A stretch of DNA of 53,243 bases, counting the filler, from Sluysia triapertura (taxonomy: Eukaryota), in assembly GCA_046118255.1 (NCBI GenBank). It is 4 parts of 4 records of this genome, joined end to end, with 100 filler letters (N's around TTAATTAATTAA, not from the genome) between each part and the next. Parts side by side here need not be neighbours in the genome. Positions count along the whole stretch, not along the records: positions 1 to 13,701 come from JBJNIA010024065.1; 3 more parts are not named here. One strand, 5' to 3'. The notes below the pieces were generated by a model that searched no databases, had not been told where the DNA came from, and saw only the letters and a list, made by a program, of their open reading frames with translations. How positions within the stretch are numbered: position 1 is the stretch's first letter; each line of letters starts with the position of its first letter. A program made the translations under genes and the position numbers. Below, piece after piece: positions 1 to 13,801 of the stretch.

Positions 1-183
1 CTAATCGGACTTAAATTAACTATGGATTACCCACCTGAATCCATTTATAAATTAATTGTTATTTTAGTTAAGAACAACCTAGTAAAACTTATTAATACTT
101 ATGAGTGTTTACTGCCAAGTGATGAAGAAGTTAAGAAAAATCATAACAATATTTTAATTCATTTAAAAGCCCTCACTACATAG
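1..183 (+). CDS. possible 3' end of a coding exon running in from the window edge
   Basis: Frame 1 is open from base 1 to TAG at 181-183 (LIGLKLTMDYPPESIYKL...HLKALTT*); no homology recognised. Confidence 0.25.
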   Translation, partial: LIGLKLTMDYPPESIYKLIVILVKNNLVKLINTYECLLPSDEEVKKNHNNILIHLKALTT

Positions 184-451
184 TTTTTATTATTTAAACA
201 TATTTATCAATGTAATTTGATGTTTTGATCATATATGAATGAAATTTTCAACTAAACAAATATAATCTTACTATTTTTAGTTTTTAAATCAAAAGTTTCA
301 CTATACTACTAATAAATTTTTAACTAATTCTCATCTTTACTTAATTTTTTAATTGGACTTCACAATTTTTTTGATCGATAAATTTTTAATTTTTTAATTT
401 TTTAATTCATCAATTTTTTGCACCCATTTGCCTATAATTTAGTAAATTAAA

Positions 452-504
<53 letters not shown>
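452..504. repeat. (ATT)n microsatellite
   Basis: About 17 perfect ATT units. Confidence 0.95.
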
Positions 505-507
<3 letters not shown>

Positions 508-3074
508 TCAGAAAGGCATTATATAATTATTAGGTACTTTCCTGCATAATCTTCTAGAAAAAGATGTAAATACTTTAAAAATTACAGTTTCATAAAATAA
601 TAAAAGTATAACAAAACATAAATCAAGCAGAATATAAAGCTATATACATAAAGTTGCAATTTTTTCTTCTCTGGGTTTTATTTGTTGAATAACTGAATAA
701 TAATTACCATTGACAATTTTGACGCATTTCATCCATCGCGTAATGAATCAATAATTTTTCGTTTTTTGATAAATCATCACTACTTTCTTCAGTAGTTTCT
801 GAATCATATTCACACATCTGAAACACGAATCAACCTTCGTTTTTGATTATTTTGAAATATCAAAAGTCGGCTTTTTTTGAATACATTTCTCTGGACACAA
901 TCGATCGTAAAGTGACTGTGTTAGAAAAGAATTTTCTATAACTTCAATTTAATTTCTGAAAGACAAAATAAGGAAATGTGCGTAGACCATGTTGTTGCCT
1001 TAAACACTCTTCACAGAAAGTAGAATGCATTTTTTACGGGTTTTATTAGGTAGCTTTTTAGTATTTTAATTGGAAGTACAGTAAACTTATGAGTAAAAGA
1101 GAACAGTCATTTAAGAGACTAGAAATTTCATTATTATAATATTTTATTGTTTTTTAAAGTTATTTTGGAGTTTTGTAATTTGTATTATTTGTATGTTATA
1201 TATTTGGTTTGAAGTTTGAATTGTATTAAAGTGTGATGTTTTGTTAGTGAAAAGTTTAAGTAAATATCGTTCTTTATTATTATTATTATTATGCAAAAAT
1301 AATAACATTAATTTCTATAAATATAAAAATATTTTCTTATAAATTTAGTACTCGAAGAAAACATTAGGCAAGAAATTGCAAAAAAATAAATATCAATTTA
1401 ACAATTAGAACGAGAAAATACTATTTGGATCAATAATTAGTATTGTTAAAATATTAATAATTAAAATACTAATTTTTTGATAAAATTAAATCAATTTATA
1501 TTATAGAATTTTAAATTTATTATTTTAGAAAATATAAATGTATGTTAAAACATGTTTTTGTCTACTTTTTCTTGTCGCATTATTAACAAAGTAGATTTCA
1601 CAAAATTTTCACTCCTTATACCATTCTATTTTTAATGTAGGCATTGTGAAAAGTTAAAATTTATTGAATAATTATTTACTAAATATTATTTATTAAATCA
1701 GTTTTTAAAAAAAATGATAATTAAAAAAATTTGCTTGAACATTATTTATTTTGCTTTAGATCGTGCATTATATACCGAACACAAATAAACTTTATAATCA
1801 GCGCAAAAATATTAAATCTAATTTTCAATATTTAATATTATAAAAATATTTTTAAAATTTAAACAAAACAATAAATATATAATTTTGTGAATTAAAAAAA
1901 ATGAAAATCAATTGCATAATTAATTTTATGTACAATTTTCTATTTAATATTTTAAAATAAATTTTAATAACAGAAGTTGTTTTCATAATTTTGAATCATT
2001 ATTTCTCAGAAAATATTTTATTGAATAATCATAATTATAATAATAATAATAATAATAATAGTAATTAATATGGAGTGAATTTTATTTAGTAGTAAAACAA
2101 TTTTCATTAATTTATTTAGACCAGGCTTGACCAGTCCGAATTGTTGAACGAAAACTCGTAAACTTTCAAATTTTATGAAATTGCCACTGAAAATACTTTT
2201 AAAAACTTCAAATAATATTCTTACATCTACAAACTGACATTCAACGTAAGTAGAAAATATCTCTCGCTCATTTATATCATTACTATTTGGAAACATCTAA
2301 TCTCAATAATTAGGTACTTGAAGAGTAAACTTCACATTAAGATTTTCCATTTTATAGTTACGGACACGCCCTCAAAATTATTCGCTGTCGGTTAAGAATA
2401 GCAATTTAATAATTGTATATCGGATTATATGTTTATAATGATTATATCAGAAAACAATTAGAGAAAATGAAAATATCGAAAACAAAACGTGGTGTGCAGA
2501 TGATGAAGATTACACTGGGAACTTAATGGAATGTAATCAGTATTTTTAAATTATGAGCTTCTGCAATTGTTCAGCATAAAAAAACAATTAATTAAAATTT
2601 GATAGAAAATATACACTAGGTATGTCGTAGTGATTTTTCCACTTGAAAACTTCAAATTGTATGGTTTAGTTTTGTCATAAATATTCTAATTATTTTAAAG
2701 TCATTTTATGATATATAATACAATTATTAAAATTAATTAGCATAATAAATAATTTTTTTAATTTAAAACTCAAATATTATTTAGTTAAAAAGTTAGAGCA
2801 AAAAGTCAACATTAATTAAAGTGAATAAAATTTAATAAATATATCACAAAATTAATAGAAGAGGATGATTAAAAAAGAACTTCTGATTCGTAAACAACTA
2901 TCTTATAAAAATAAGGGCATAAAATTTAAGAATTAAATGGGAATGATCTATTTATGTGGACAAAAAAAATAAAAAGTGAGACAAATTTAAGTAAGAAATA
3001 TAATTTTACGAACATGTCAACGATATAACAATTTTCAAAATAAACATTCAAGATACAATTTAATATTTTTGGTT

Positions 3075-3308
3075 TCATTCTTGCTGAATACTTTGTCCTA
3101 GGTTTTTTTATCATAAACTGCATTCTTTAGAACTCCCCACAGAAACAAATCAGACAGTGGCCGATCCGGGGATCTGGCAAACCATTCGATTGGTCTTCGG
3201 CGTCAAATCCAACGTCCAGGAAATGTTTCATCAAGCCATTTGTTGAACAGCTTTGGTGTAGTGTGCAGATCTCCATCTTGTTGAAAATGAAGATCACCGA
3301 AATGGAGG
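3075..3308 (-). mobile_element. decayed Tc1/mariner-superfamily transposase fragment (C-terminal catalytic region)
   Basis: Minus strand reads, across frameshifts and a stop, LHFQQDG..AHYTKAV..WLDETFPGRWI*RR..EWFARSPDRPLSDLFLWGVLKNAVYDKKPRT; this matches the FQQDGAxxH / FPxRWIGR / WPxRSPDLxPxDFFLWGxLK motif series. Confidence 0.85.
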
Positions 3309-6300
3309 AACATATAAATAAATATAAGTATATTAACCATATGATAAAGCTTTTTAAGTGATATTATTTAATAAGTTAAGATATGTATGTTTTAAGTTGT
3401 ACGAATTTCATTTTACTTTAGAAGATTATAGAAGATTATAGAAAATTTTGACTGTTACCTGATTAAATCATATAGGAGAGCGCACTCCCACCAATTACAG
3501 TAATTTGCTAAATAGTTTAAGAAATTTCATATATGTAAGGGTTCGTAAGAATTAGGGCGCATAAAATATTTCGTTCAAAATTATTAAAGTTATGTTATTA
3601 ACCGAAGGAACTTATAGGTGAATTAAATGTCACGTCGAAGTAGAAAATTAAATTAATAATACAAATTATTTATAACAATCAGTTTATAAAATAAATTAAT
3701 AATTCATGGAAATTATGAAATTAATAATTGAAAAATAAAAATTACTAATGATAATAACAAATAAAGACAAAAACTAATTATCATATTAATATTAATGATA
3801 TATATAAAAGTCAAATAAATATTGATAATAATAATAACAGTAACAATAATGATAAGAATTGTAATAGACGTTAAACAAATAAATCACGTACAACAAGAAA
3901 TATGGTAATGGGACAGTGTCATTGATTTCTGATATTTTTTAATAGCATAATAAATTCTGGAAATATATTTTATGGTATAAAAATAATAAAGTACATTTGA
4001 TAATTAAATTAATTAAAATACGTTTTGATGTGATACTTTTAGAAAAACTGTTCATTGAAATAAAGGTGTTGCAGTATATCATTAATAGAAAAACGGAAGT
4101 TTTGTGATTTAAATTAACGGAAATGAATAAATGAATAAACTAGATACACATAAAACGAATCCTGATATTTATTGAATCTAAAAGTACGATGCATTGAAAA
4201 TGATTTTTATTAAGTTATTAAAATGAGAGAAAATCATATAAAGATTAAGTTGATAGCTTTATGAAGAATTAAAAGAAACCTATTTAGTTAAATTAATCGT
4301 TTTTAGAAGATTGGGAATTTGGCAAGGCTTATCAGATCCAATCTAATTTGGTTTGATTAATGAGTGTCAGTTTCGTGCCACAAAGGAATTGGGATTGTCT
4401 TTTATTTTTGATTATGGATAGAATTACACGAAATTATTGGAATCATGAACCAAGAATTATATTTCGTCTAAAGACATTGAACAGAAAGCCTTGAGTTGAA
4501 TTCGAGTTACGTTATTGGAAGATAAAAGTTTGTTATTACTTCGTTTTACATTTTTTTGTTTGTTATAGTTGCACTGGTAAACTACTCATATTTTAAACTA
4601 AATCTAGCCGAGTAATTTATAATTTATTTTGATAAATTTATTTTGCTTCATATGAACTCTACACCTCCACATCATTGAATATCAGTTATATTTTAGTAAC
4701 ATAATTACAAAATTTGTACATTTAAATTTAAATCAAGAAAATTAAATCGTTTTATGATAAAAATAAAGAAAAAAACACTGACAAATTTTATTACTAATTG
4801 AAAAAGAAAAACATGTTAAAAAGGTTTTAGTACCAATAAAAATAAATAATTTAAACTACCAATTATAATTTAACAATTTGAATCTAAATTAGCATTATTT
4901 TGTTCGAGATTTTAAAAATTAGAATTAGCAATATGAAAATATTTTTAGTTATAATATTTTGTCTTTGTATTTTTGAACATTATGATATGGTTAGTGTTGG
5001 ATTATTGTTGAAAGTTTTAATTTTTGTTTATTTTGTTTAGTATGTAACTAAGTATATATAAATTATGGTTTTTAAAATAATGTACTGATTTTGTGTTAAA
5101 AAATAATTTAATACGAGCTTAAACATGTATAGAATGAAGAATTATTTCAGGATTTTATTATAATGCGATATGTTGAAATTATATTGTTCATATTACAATA
5201 CAATTAATAATAATAAATAATTAATATACGATATAATAAATAATTATTTTATTAAATACAAGATGATTATAGAATAATTTTGTTTAATCATTTGAGTACT
5301 ACGAAGACATCTATATATTCAGAGATGTAAGCTCATTGTGACTTATCGACATTTGGTGGTGTAAGAGAGTGTATTATGATTTATCATTTATGCCTTAAGT
5401 AAAATACTTTGGTTATACAATGAGCTTTTTCGTATCGAAAGAATTAAAGTTAGATTTAAATTCCTTTTCGATTTTTTTAAAATTATATTTCCGAATTTAT
5501 TTTACTTTTTTAATAAATGAATAATAATTTAAATTAATTATTAAATTGATAATAATGTGTAAAGAAGATATATTGATTAAATTAATTAAATTAAATTAAA
5601 TTAATTTTATTTTACTTTAAAGAAGAAAATCTCAAAAAATTATCAATTTCGTCAAAAAGATTTTAAAAGATTTCAATAGAATTTATAGTAAAATTATTTC
5701 GAGTTTATTGAATGAAAAGTTTAGATTTGCATTGTTTTAGTTATGACCGATATAATTAAACAAAAAAGAGAATTTTACGTTTCTATTACCAAAACTAATT
5801 CGACTTTTCTTTATAAAAAATAATGTTTAATTTTTAATATTAATACAAATGACAGAAAATTGAATTTTAATTTAAACATTTGTATAAATAATTTGTAAAA
5901 TTAAATTTAATGTTTTAATAAATTATTAATTTATTTGTAGAGTTAAATCATTGAGAATGGATAATATTCTTGTTGATTTAATATATCAATCACAGTTATA
6001 AAAGGAATCAATATTATGCGTAATAATATTTTTCGTGAAGCAAGATTTAATGTTAAAAAATAGGAAAATGTGCACAAATTTAGATATAAAAAAGAGTTAA
6101 TTGAAACAATCAAATATTTTTAAACAAATATTATGCAAACAATTTCAAAATGGATCGACGGTTTATTATAATACAGATTGTGATGGGTTTGCAGGTGTCA
6201 GCGGTGATTCAGAGTGACATGTTGAACACCGTTCACGATAAGTTAAAGTATGTTGCGTTCTACAGTAACATGCTAAAGAGAAATAAAGAGTTGATTATGA

Positions 6301-6719
6301 TGTGGTAAAAACAATTTAGAGACAAGAAATAAAATGAAATAGTTAAGAAACACTTTGCTTCTTATAAGAAAGTGTTTTATAAGTAAAGAAAGCTGCTTCA
6401 ACATTTTGTAATAAACATTGTAATTGAATTTTGATCTTCGACAACTGATTGTGATATTTTTATCTCTATTGTTGTGAATAGTTAGGCCACGTTTTTGTTA
6501 GATTTATTTATCTAAAAACGGAAATTAACATTTTGAATGTTGTATCAATCCTGGATTGTGAATATTGTATTTTTGTTGATTGATAATTTTTATTTATTCT
6601 GTGATTATTAAAAATATATCGATATTTCAGACTAATTTAATTTTGTTATTGAGTTATGGTTAATATGGTATTAATAATTCAAATTAACTAAAATATAATA
6701 CAATAATTTTTATAACAAC

Positions 6720-6767
<48 letters not shown>
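6720..6767. repeat. (AAT)n microsatellite
   Basis: About 16 perfect units. Confidence 0.95.
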
Positions 6768-6768
<1 letters not shown>

Positions 6769-7186
6769 TCAAATTATAATGAAGGAATAAAAATAGATTA
6801 TTTTATATTTAATTTAACAAAGGTTTTAAGAATTTATAATCAAAGATTTACGTTATTTTTGATTATTAATTCATTTAATGCTTAAATTTATTTATAAAAA
6901 CATTACGAAAACAAATGAAATTGATTTTAAAAGGTTTTCAGTCATCAAATTTTATAAAAAGAAATCATATACATTGTTTTTCTAAAAATAATAGTAAAAT
7001 ACTCGATGGCTTTATTTTCAAAATTGGAGAACTTTAATCATAAAAACTTTTATAAACGGTAAAGTCTGTTATAAACGAAAAAATATTGTTAATAATATAT
7101 CAATGTTCCTTTTAATTATTATTTCTTTGTAAGTTAGATTATTAATGAATATAGAACGTGTATTTATAAAATATATATTATTCTAG

Positions 7187-7309
7187 ACAGCAGTATCATT
7201 AAGAGACTATTCCAGAAATGATATACCATCATTAAATCGATTTATACGCAGAATTCGTCGTCAAAAGGAGCGCGATCCATGTTTCTGGACTCCTATTAGT
7301 TGTATCTAA
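7187..7309 (+). CDS. AstC: terminal exon of an allatostatin-C / somatostatin-type neuropeptide precursor; predicted mature peptide QKERDPCFWTPISCI
   Basis: After ttctag it reads TAVSLRDYSRNDIPSLNRFIRRIRR-QKERDPCFWTPISCI-TAA: RxRR convertase site, N-terminal Gln, Cys7/Cys14 ring and PISC-hydrophobe-stop, the same 15-residue register as insect AstC pEVRFRQCYFNPISCF. The signal-peptide exon and exact acceptor were not established. Confidence 0.8.
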   Translation, partial: TAVSLRDYSRNDIPSLNRFIRRIRRQKERDPCFWTPISCI

Positions 7310-7382
7310 GCAACAGTGATGTAAAACATCAATTTTCAATTTAAAAAATAAATTTTAAATCAATTTCAATTTGTTATTATTA

Positions 7383-7386
<4 letters not shown>

Positions 7387-7429
<43 letters not shown>
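7387..7429. repeat. (ATT)n microsatellite
   Basis: About 14 units. Confidence 0.95.
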
Positions 7430-8526
7430 TTCATTGTTAAATTAAGTTATAACTTTGATTTAATAATATGTTCAAAATTATTCAAAAATCGAAATAGTAT
7501 GTTATTTTTAATTTTAATTTCCACTAATGATATTCATTGATGATATTTAAAAACGAAACACTAAACTAATAGTGTCTGTCTCGTTTACGACATAACGACT
7601 AACTTAAATTTTAATGTTCTTTGTTCGGGTTATCAGGAAATGAAGTGATTATGAGGGTATCGCAACTTGAAGGTAAAGAAATCAATATTTTATAAAGGTT
7701 AACAAAAAATTTATTACTTAATTTAATTAAAATTGTTTGAAAATAACTTTTGAATTATGAGCGAATATCACATATAACATAATATAATTATGAAATTTAT
7801 CAGTGTTATGAACACCGAGATAGTGTGAAATACGTCAAATATGTAAAATACGTGGATAACGTAAAGATTATCTAAAAGTTAAATTTATATGTATTATAAT
7901 GAACATACTTAGTAAAAGTGTACATCAAATTAATGCTTATTAAAAGATGATTCTCTACAGGCTATTGAAATTGACATGTTACATATTGTATCAAAAGTTA
8001 TTATTTGTTTCAAATAAGTTTTATATTTGATTAGAATTATGTTAATTTATTATTTTATCGTAAATTGATGTTTTGACTTGTGTGATTCAACGGAATCTAA
8101 TATTTATACTAGTCAGTGACCAAATACTCTCATTTAGAATCTTCGATCTTTCTAAAATATTCCAGAAAATTCCTTTTTAGGAATTACTATTTTCTTTTTC
8201 GAAAATTTTATGATTTAAAATGGCTGTAATGGCACCTAAGAAAAATTAATTTATAATTATGTATTTGGAAATTAAAAATAACAAATTTAGTAAAGACTTA
8301 TTACAGGTTTATAAAATTTCAAATTAAAAAAGTGTAAAAGTGTTTAGATAACAGCATAACTTTGAAAATAAGAAAATTAAGTTGATAACTGAAAAATATA
8401 TGCTAATAAATTTATTTTTTATTTATAAATTTTTATAAATTTAATTACTTTTGAAAATTATTTAATTTTAAACAATAAAAAATTCATTATGTGATAAAAA
8501 GATAATTAATTTAAATTGTTTCACAT

Positions 8527-8703
8527 TTATTGATCTAAAAATTCTTTAATCATATCTTCATAATTTACAAATCCAAAACCATTTTCATCTACATCTTCTG
8601 CAAATTCCATTGCTTCTTCACTATCTAAAATTTCTCCTTTAACTTGAACCAATCTTAGTAAGTCTTGGGTTGGAATTTTACCAGTTTTAGCTTTATCTAA
8701 AGT
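8527..8703 (-). CDS. terminal exon of a calmodulin / myosin-light-chain-like EF-hand protein
   Basis: tttaag acceptor then TLDKAKTGKIPTQDLLRLVQVKGEILDSEEAMEFAEDVDENGFGFVNYEDMIKEFLDQ*; two EF-hand-like loops (DKAKTGKI, DENGFGFVNYEDM) and a GE-L linker as in the calmodulin C-lobe; upstream exons not found. Confidence 0.8.
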   Translation of the reverse strand, partial: TLDKAKTGKIPTQDLLRLVQVKGEILDSEEAMEFAEDVDENGFGFVNYEDMIKEFLDQ

Positions 8704-8969
8704 CTTAAATAAATATAAATAAATAAATTAAATAAACATAAATAAATTACATAAATTACGTAAGCATAAATAAATTAAATCTATATTAAATATAAATTAA
8801 ATAAATATTTTGTCCATGAATAAGCAATATAACGATATTTTTTAACAGTATGACGACATACTGGCTAAATTAAAAAGAAAGTATAATAATATAATAAGTA
8901 TAATTTAGGTGTTAAAATATTATAAAATTGTTAAACCATTTATAAAACCATTTGTAAAACTTTTTAAGC

Positions 8970-10260
8970 TTAAACTACGAAAGGAAAAACGAACTTTAAT
9001 ATCATTACTATATGACCCAGAGTAGATGGTCGTTTACAGTCAAATATTCGAATATTTTTCATAAAAATGCGCTTGGTGTCTAAAAAATAAACATAACTTA
9101 TGGACTTTGACAACAAGATTGGCGCGAAAATGATTAACATCAAGATATAATTTCGGAGAATAATATTATTTAATTTTAAAATAGGTTTGTATACAAATAT
9201 TCGTGGAATATTGGAATTGTGCGTAAAATTCATTTGAACAAACATCATTTTGTTGTTGGGTAAGTGAAATGATAGAATATTCGAGCCTGGAGCTACCGAC
9301 CTATAGTGAAGGTCATCGTATAAATCATAAGCGATAATTATAGTATTGTTATTTAAATAATTTTGTATTTGCACTATTTCGTCTATGTGGATAAATTATA
9401 ACCGGAAATGCGATAACTGTAGAGAATTCATGGAAGACAAAAGGCTTGGTCCTAATCTTATGATTTTGTACCAATAATACTTTCGAATTGTATTTTGGTT
9501 CATACTCGAATATCATGGTTAAATTAATGATAAATATTTGATATTCGAAAAGATCATTACAGAATAATCCATGGATAAACTTGTTTCATAACTAAAGATT
9601 CAATTCGGTACCAATTTACCATACGACACTGCATGGTAAGAATAATTAGATTGGCTTCGTTTATACGTATTATTGCAAGTATTTCTCTTTGGTTGTCATT
9701 CATGGTTATAAAACTCTTCATTTTTAAGTACGCTGACGATATGTATGCATCAGAGATGCATTACAAACAAAAATATTCTAACATCATCTAAAGGATGAAT
9801 AATTTTCTGCAGCATATCTGTAAGTTGGAGGTAGTGTGGGTAGTATTCGCTGTGGTGATGCATAATACAAAAGATGTGAGATTGAATTGTGGTCATTGTC
9901 GTCATTATCAGAATGAAAACATGGATAATTACATTTATTCCAAACAATAACTATAGCAAGTTCAATGACGATTAATATTAATGTTTAAATTAATGTTAAA
10001 TCATTTCTCGTGTCTTTTAGTGAGAAATGTGGATGTAAATCATGAGATGTAAATCCGTGCAGTAACTTGTCGTTCACCACTGGTTAAAAAATCAGAACAG
10101 GTAGCGAGTGGATTTTCCAAATTATTGATATAATGTTCATGTACTACTTTAGGCAAATAAATCGGTCTTGCATATTTTTATCCAACATTTTCTCTTTTAT
10201 TTCTGTATCCAAATTAGAAAGTTCAAAATATTCAGATCTATAAACTTATTTATCACAATT
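8970..10260 (-). pseudogene. degraded coding-like region of unknown origin
   Basis: Higher GC than flanks with broken minus-strand ORFs (8970-9374, 9750-9947); no family recognised. Confidence 0.25.
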
Positions 10261-10852
10261 TTGAGAGATGCTGTAATAATGGAACATTATTTTGTTTATT
10301 ATTATTTCTAAATCTGAGTTTTATTTTAAGTTTTCTTTTTATGTTTATACTCACATGTTTTCTTTTAATTTTGTCTATTAGGAATATTAATTTTACATAA
10401 TTTGGTACCGGTTTACGGTCTTGTGAAACTAATTTTGCAGATTTTAAAAGTGCAATTAACCAAAAAACAAAAAAACCAATCTAATGAGATTATGGAATAA
10501 CTAACATTGTATTTTCAAGAGAAACATAGTCGTGTTTACATTGAAAATATTAGAAATTTCATGCCAATTTATATGTAAAATAGTCATAGTTCCTGTATAA
10601 CATTTTTTCGTGCAATTTCTTAATCCACAGTTTAAATAAGTGTTATGATTAACTAATTCTTCTTGTTAAAAATGAAAGTCTTTTTAAAGTTTACAATAAA
10701 ATACTTATTACTAAGTGAGTTCACATACGATCCTAGTCTTATGTGTTACGACTAGTCCATAGGGTTTTTTGAAAAGACAATTTGAAGTTAATGGATGTCT
10801 ATATTATTTTAACTCTTAAATCAGTACTTAAATCAGCTTACGTTAAACTGAG

Positions 10853-11131
10853 TTTAGTCTGATTCCTTATTAAATAGAACCAAAAATTCTAAATCAAATG
10901 AACTTAGAAAAGAGAACTTATTTATATTTAATATTTTAATTTGGTTCTTTAATTAAATAGAACCAGAATCTTTAGAATTTTAATTATTTTTAATTACAAT
11001 TTTTTGCATTTATTTTAATTAGGTTCTGTACTAAATACAGCCGATATCTTATTAAAATTTTAGTCTGATTCCTTATTAAATGGAATCAATAAAATGAATA
11101 ATTTACTATGGTTCTTTAATTAAATAGAACC
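10853..11131. repeat. array of five ~21-22 bp palindromic motifs G(G/A)TTC(T/C)-N9/10-(A/G)GAA(C/T)C
   Basis: Copies at 10861, 10943, 11022 (degenerate), 11067 and 11110, separated by dissimilar spacers. Confidence 0.8.
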
Positions 11132-13350
11132 GTGAAACCTTTTCCTAATATTCTGTTATAAAGTTTAGATTCTCAACAAAAAAATTATAACACAATTAAT
11201 TAAATGAAGCTTTATTAAGAAATTATAAATAGATTATTAGAAATAAAATGAATTATAAATGTACAATATGAAATTTTATTAGATTTACTTTTGAACTAGA
11301 AAATCTTTAGTAGTCTAAAGTTGAAAATATAATTTTATTTTTGCTATCAATTTAAACGATAGCCAATCTATTATAAAAGGATTTTAAGTCGATTTTACTC
11401 CGCAAACCTTTTAAATGTTTGCTTAAAAACTTATAAAAAAGAAACTAACGATACGATGATGTGAATATTTTTGCTAGACAAGAAGATCCAAATAATAAAC
11501 AGTTTGTCTAGAATTGATACTGAATTTTGTTTTTTGTATTTAAAGCAAAACAACGAAATATTGACAAATCAGAATTTACTATTGTACGTGTAGTAATGAA
11601 ATTAGTAATGAAGTTAGTTTTATGTGACCTTGAGATATTTTTAAACAAAATTATTTTTTAAAATTATTTACAATATAATTGATTTTTTGTAATTATAGTT
11701 CGTATTCACATACACATTTTTATAATTTACAGATATTTATTTATAGATAATAATTCACCGACATTTATAGATATTTGATATTTAACATTCTTTTAGATAT
11801 TTTAATTGTACTTATGTCTGATTTTTTTAAATGTTGACATCTTGACATTTTTACTACATACTGTAAATATTGAATTATTATAAACAACTTTAATAAAATT
11901 AATCATCTGCACTTCTTTGTATATTATATACAAAATTCGCTGAGTATCTTCTAAAGATATTTTGGTTTTATTAATATGACATGAAACATCACAATTATAT
12001 ATGTCCATATTACATTGACAGATCTTTTCATATCATAAAAGTTTTATATAAATTATGGTTCGATGTTTTCACTAAACAAAACAGATCCACATAACTTCCA
12101 TTTTTGACGTAATTCAATCATTAAAATTAGTTAAAATAAATTGAATGTGATGCGATAAAAAATTAATTTCCAAATTATCAAAGTATGGCAAAACATTTTA
12201 TTTATTGGTATTTTATTGATTTTTTATCATGACGTAAAATATAATTTTAATATAATTAAAACTAATAATAATATTGCAATAAAATAATAATAATATAAAA
12301 ATAAAATAAAAACATCAAATTGAAAAATAAACAAAGTAATATTCATAATATCTTCAATTATAATTAAAAGAAGTGATATTATTATGATGTCATTTTGATT
12401 TTAGAAATCGAATAATACTTAAACATGTATAAACATGTTTTATAGATAATTTCGTAATAATCCTAGGTAAATTAAATTAAAATAATTGTTAAAAACGTCA
12501 ATCGACCAATCTTACATTCATTATTTAAATATTAAAAAAGGCCTATGTACCGCAAACACTGATTTACTCTAAGCATGACAATAATAATAATTCGAAATGT
12601 GTACTTCATGCAGTATCTTAATGACGAGCCTTGCTTATTGAAATACGATATAATGTATTAAAATAATATAAGAGATAAGAAAAGAATAGCAACAATACTA
12701 TAACAACAGTACAATATTAATATGAACATCTATGACAAAACAATAGTAATTTTAATATTAAATTTATGTTTATGGATGTGCGGAATTGTTTAGATATGTA
12801 TTGTCAAGGTATGTTGAATTTTCGTTGTTATGTCCTATGAGGATTATTTCTGTTTTAAATATGTTATTTGTTGATTTGATATTTTGTGTTAGATCGTGTT
12901 TAAGTTTATTTAAGATTTTTGTGGTGGCTCAGCCTACACCTGCCTGTGTATCACATTAACCATAACATTCATCTACACAAACCTCATGGCAAAAAATTAC
13001 ATTATAATAAGTCTCATCTATATCATTTACAACATTACAACACTCATCCTTATAAAATCTCAGATGCCTAATAAAATCCTTTCACTAACATTTTAGACCA
13101 AAATAAAACGCAACGCATTGTCATCTCGCCATCATTACGATATAATACCTTTTTGTCTGTATTAAATATGGGTTTAGTCTTCTTTGAAAGAAGCAGTAGA
13201 AATTCGAGTACTGTATATGTATTATAAAACTTGAAATGATTTATTTTTGTGCTTACGCATATTACTTTTCCTGTCAGAAGTGAGGTTTTGATTTATTCAA
13301 TTAAAACTACCGAGGAGGGAATAATTCAGTGCAATTTACCTTTTCAATAG

Positions 13351-13551
13351 CTTAATTATGTTGAAAATGGTGAAGCTGAAATGATTCGATTAAATAGTCA
13401 AGTAGTTCGATTAACACAAGAAAATAAGTGGCGACGAGATGAATTAACTGGAATTCAAAATAGATTAGAATGCAGTGAAAATAACAAAATCCAATTGGAA
13501 GAAGAAAATAAACATTTGGAGTTTATTCAAGAAATGCGTCAATGCTATTGA
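13351..13551 (+). pseudogene. KLC: kinesin light chain N-terminal heptad-repeat fragment (isolated exon or pseudogene)
   Basis: LNYVENGEAEMIRLNSQVVRLTQENKWRRDELTGIQNRLECSENNKIQLEEENKHLEFIQEMRQ matches the KLC pattern LRAQVRRLxQENxWLRDELAxTQQKLQxSEQxVAQLEEEKKHLEFM; ends in TGA with no consensus donor. Confidence 0.7.
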
Positions 13552-13701
13552 AGAGCTGTGGGGGATTGCTTTGAATCCTTTGTAAATCTTAAGTTTTTAG
13601 GATTACTGTATTTTTTATCTTTTAAAATTTTAAAATTGATTAAATAGAAATAATTATTCGATTTAACTTTTAACCAATAGGGCTTAATGCCCGAATTAAC
13701 T

Positions 13702-13801
13702 NNNNNNNNNNNNNNNNNNNNNNNNNNNNNNNNNNNNNNNNNNNNTTAATTAATTAANNNNNNNNNNNNNNNNNNNNNNNNNNNNNNNNNNNNNNNNNNN
13801 N
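13702..13801. other. artificial contig spacer (N44-TTAATTAATTAA-N44)
   Basis: Identical 100-bp construct occurs three times; the 12-mer gives stops in all six frames. Confidence 0.97.

Noticed and set aside
2018-2296. 92-aa minus-strand ORF
   Set aside because: The poly-Ile tail comes from an AAT microsatellite; no recognisable domain.
7103-7128. MFLLIIIS + gtaagt as the signal-peptide exon of the AstC precursor
   Set aside because: The phase-2 donor does not fit the best acceptors (7186, 7190, 7193); only a weak AAG at 7203 would fit, so it is left unresolved.
10853-11131. CRISPR array
   Set aside because: Eukaryotic context, spacer lengths vary from about 22 to 61 bp, repeats are heterogeneous and no cas genes are present.
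13746-13757. TTAATTAATTAA palindrome inside N runs (also 25187-25198 and 40698-40709)
   Set aside because: Identical 100-bp construct three times: an artificial six-frame-stop linker. Adjacency across these spacers should not be interpreted biologically.
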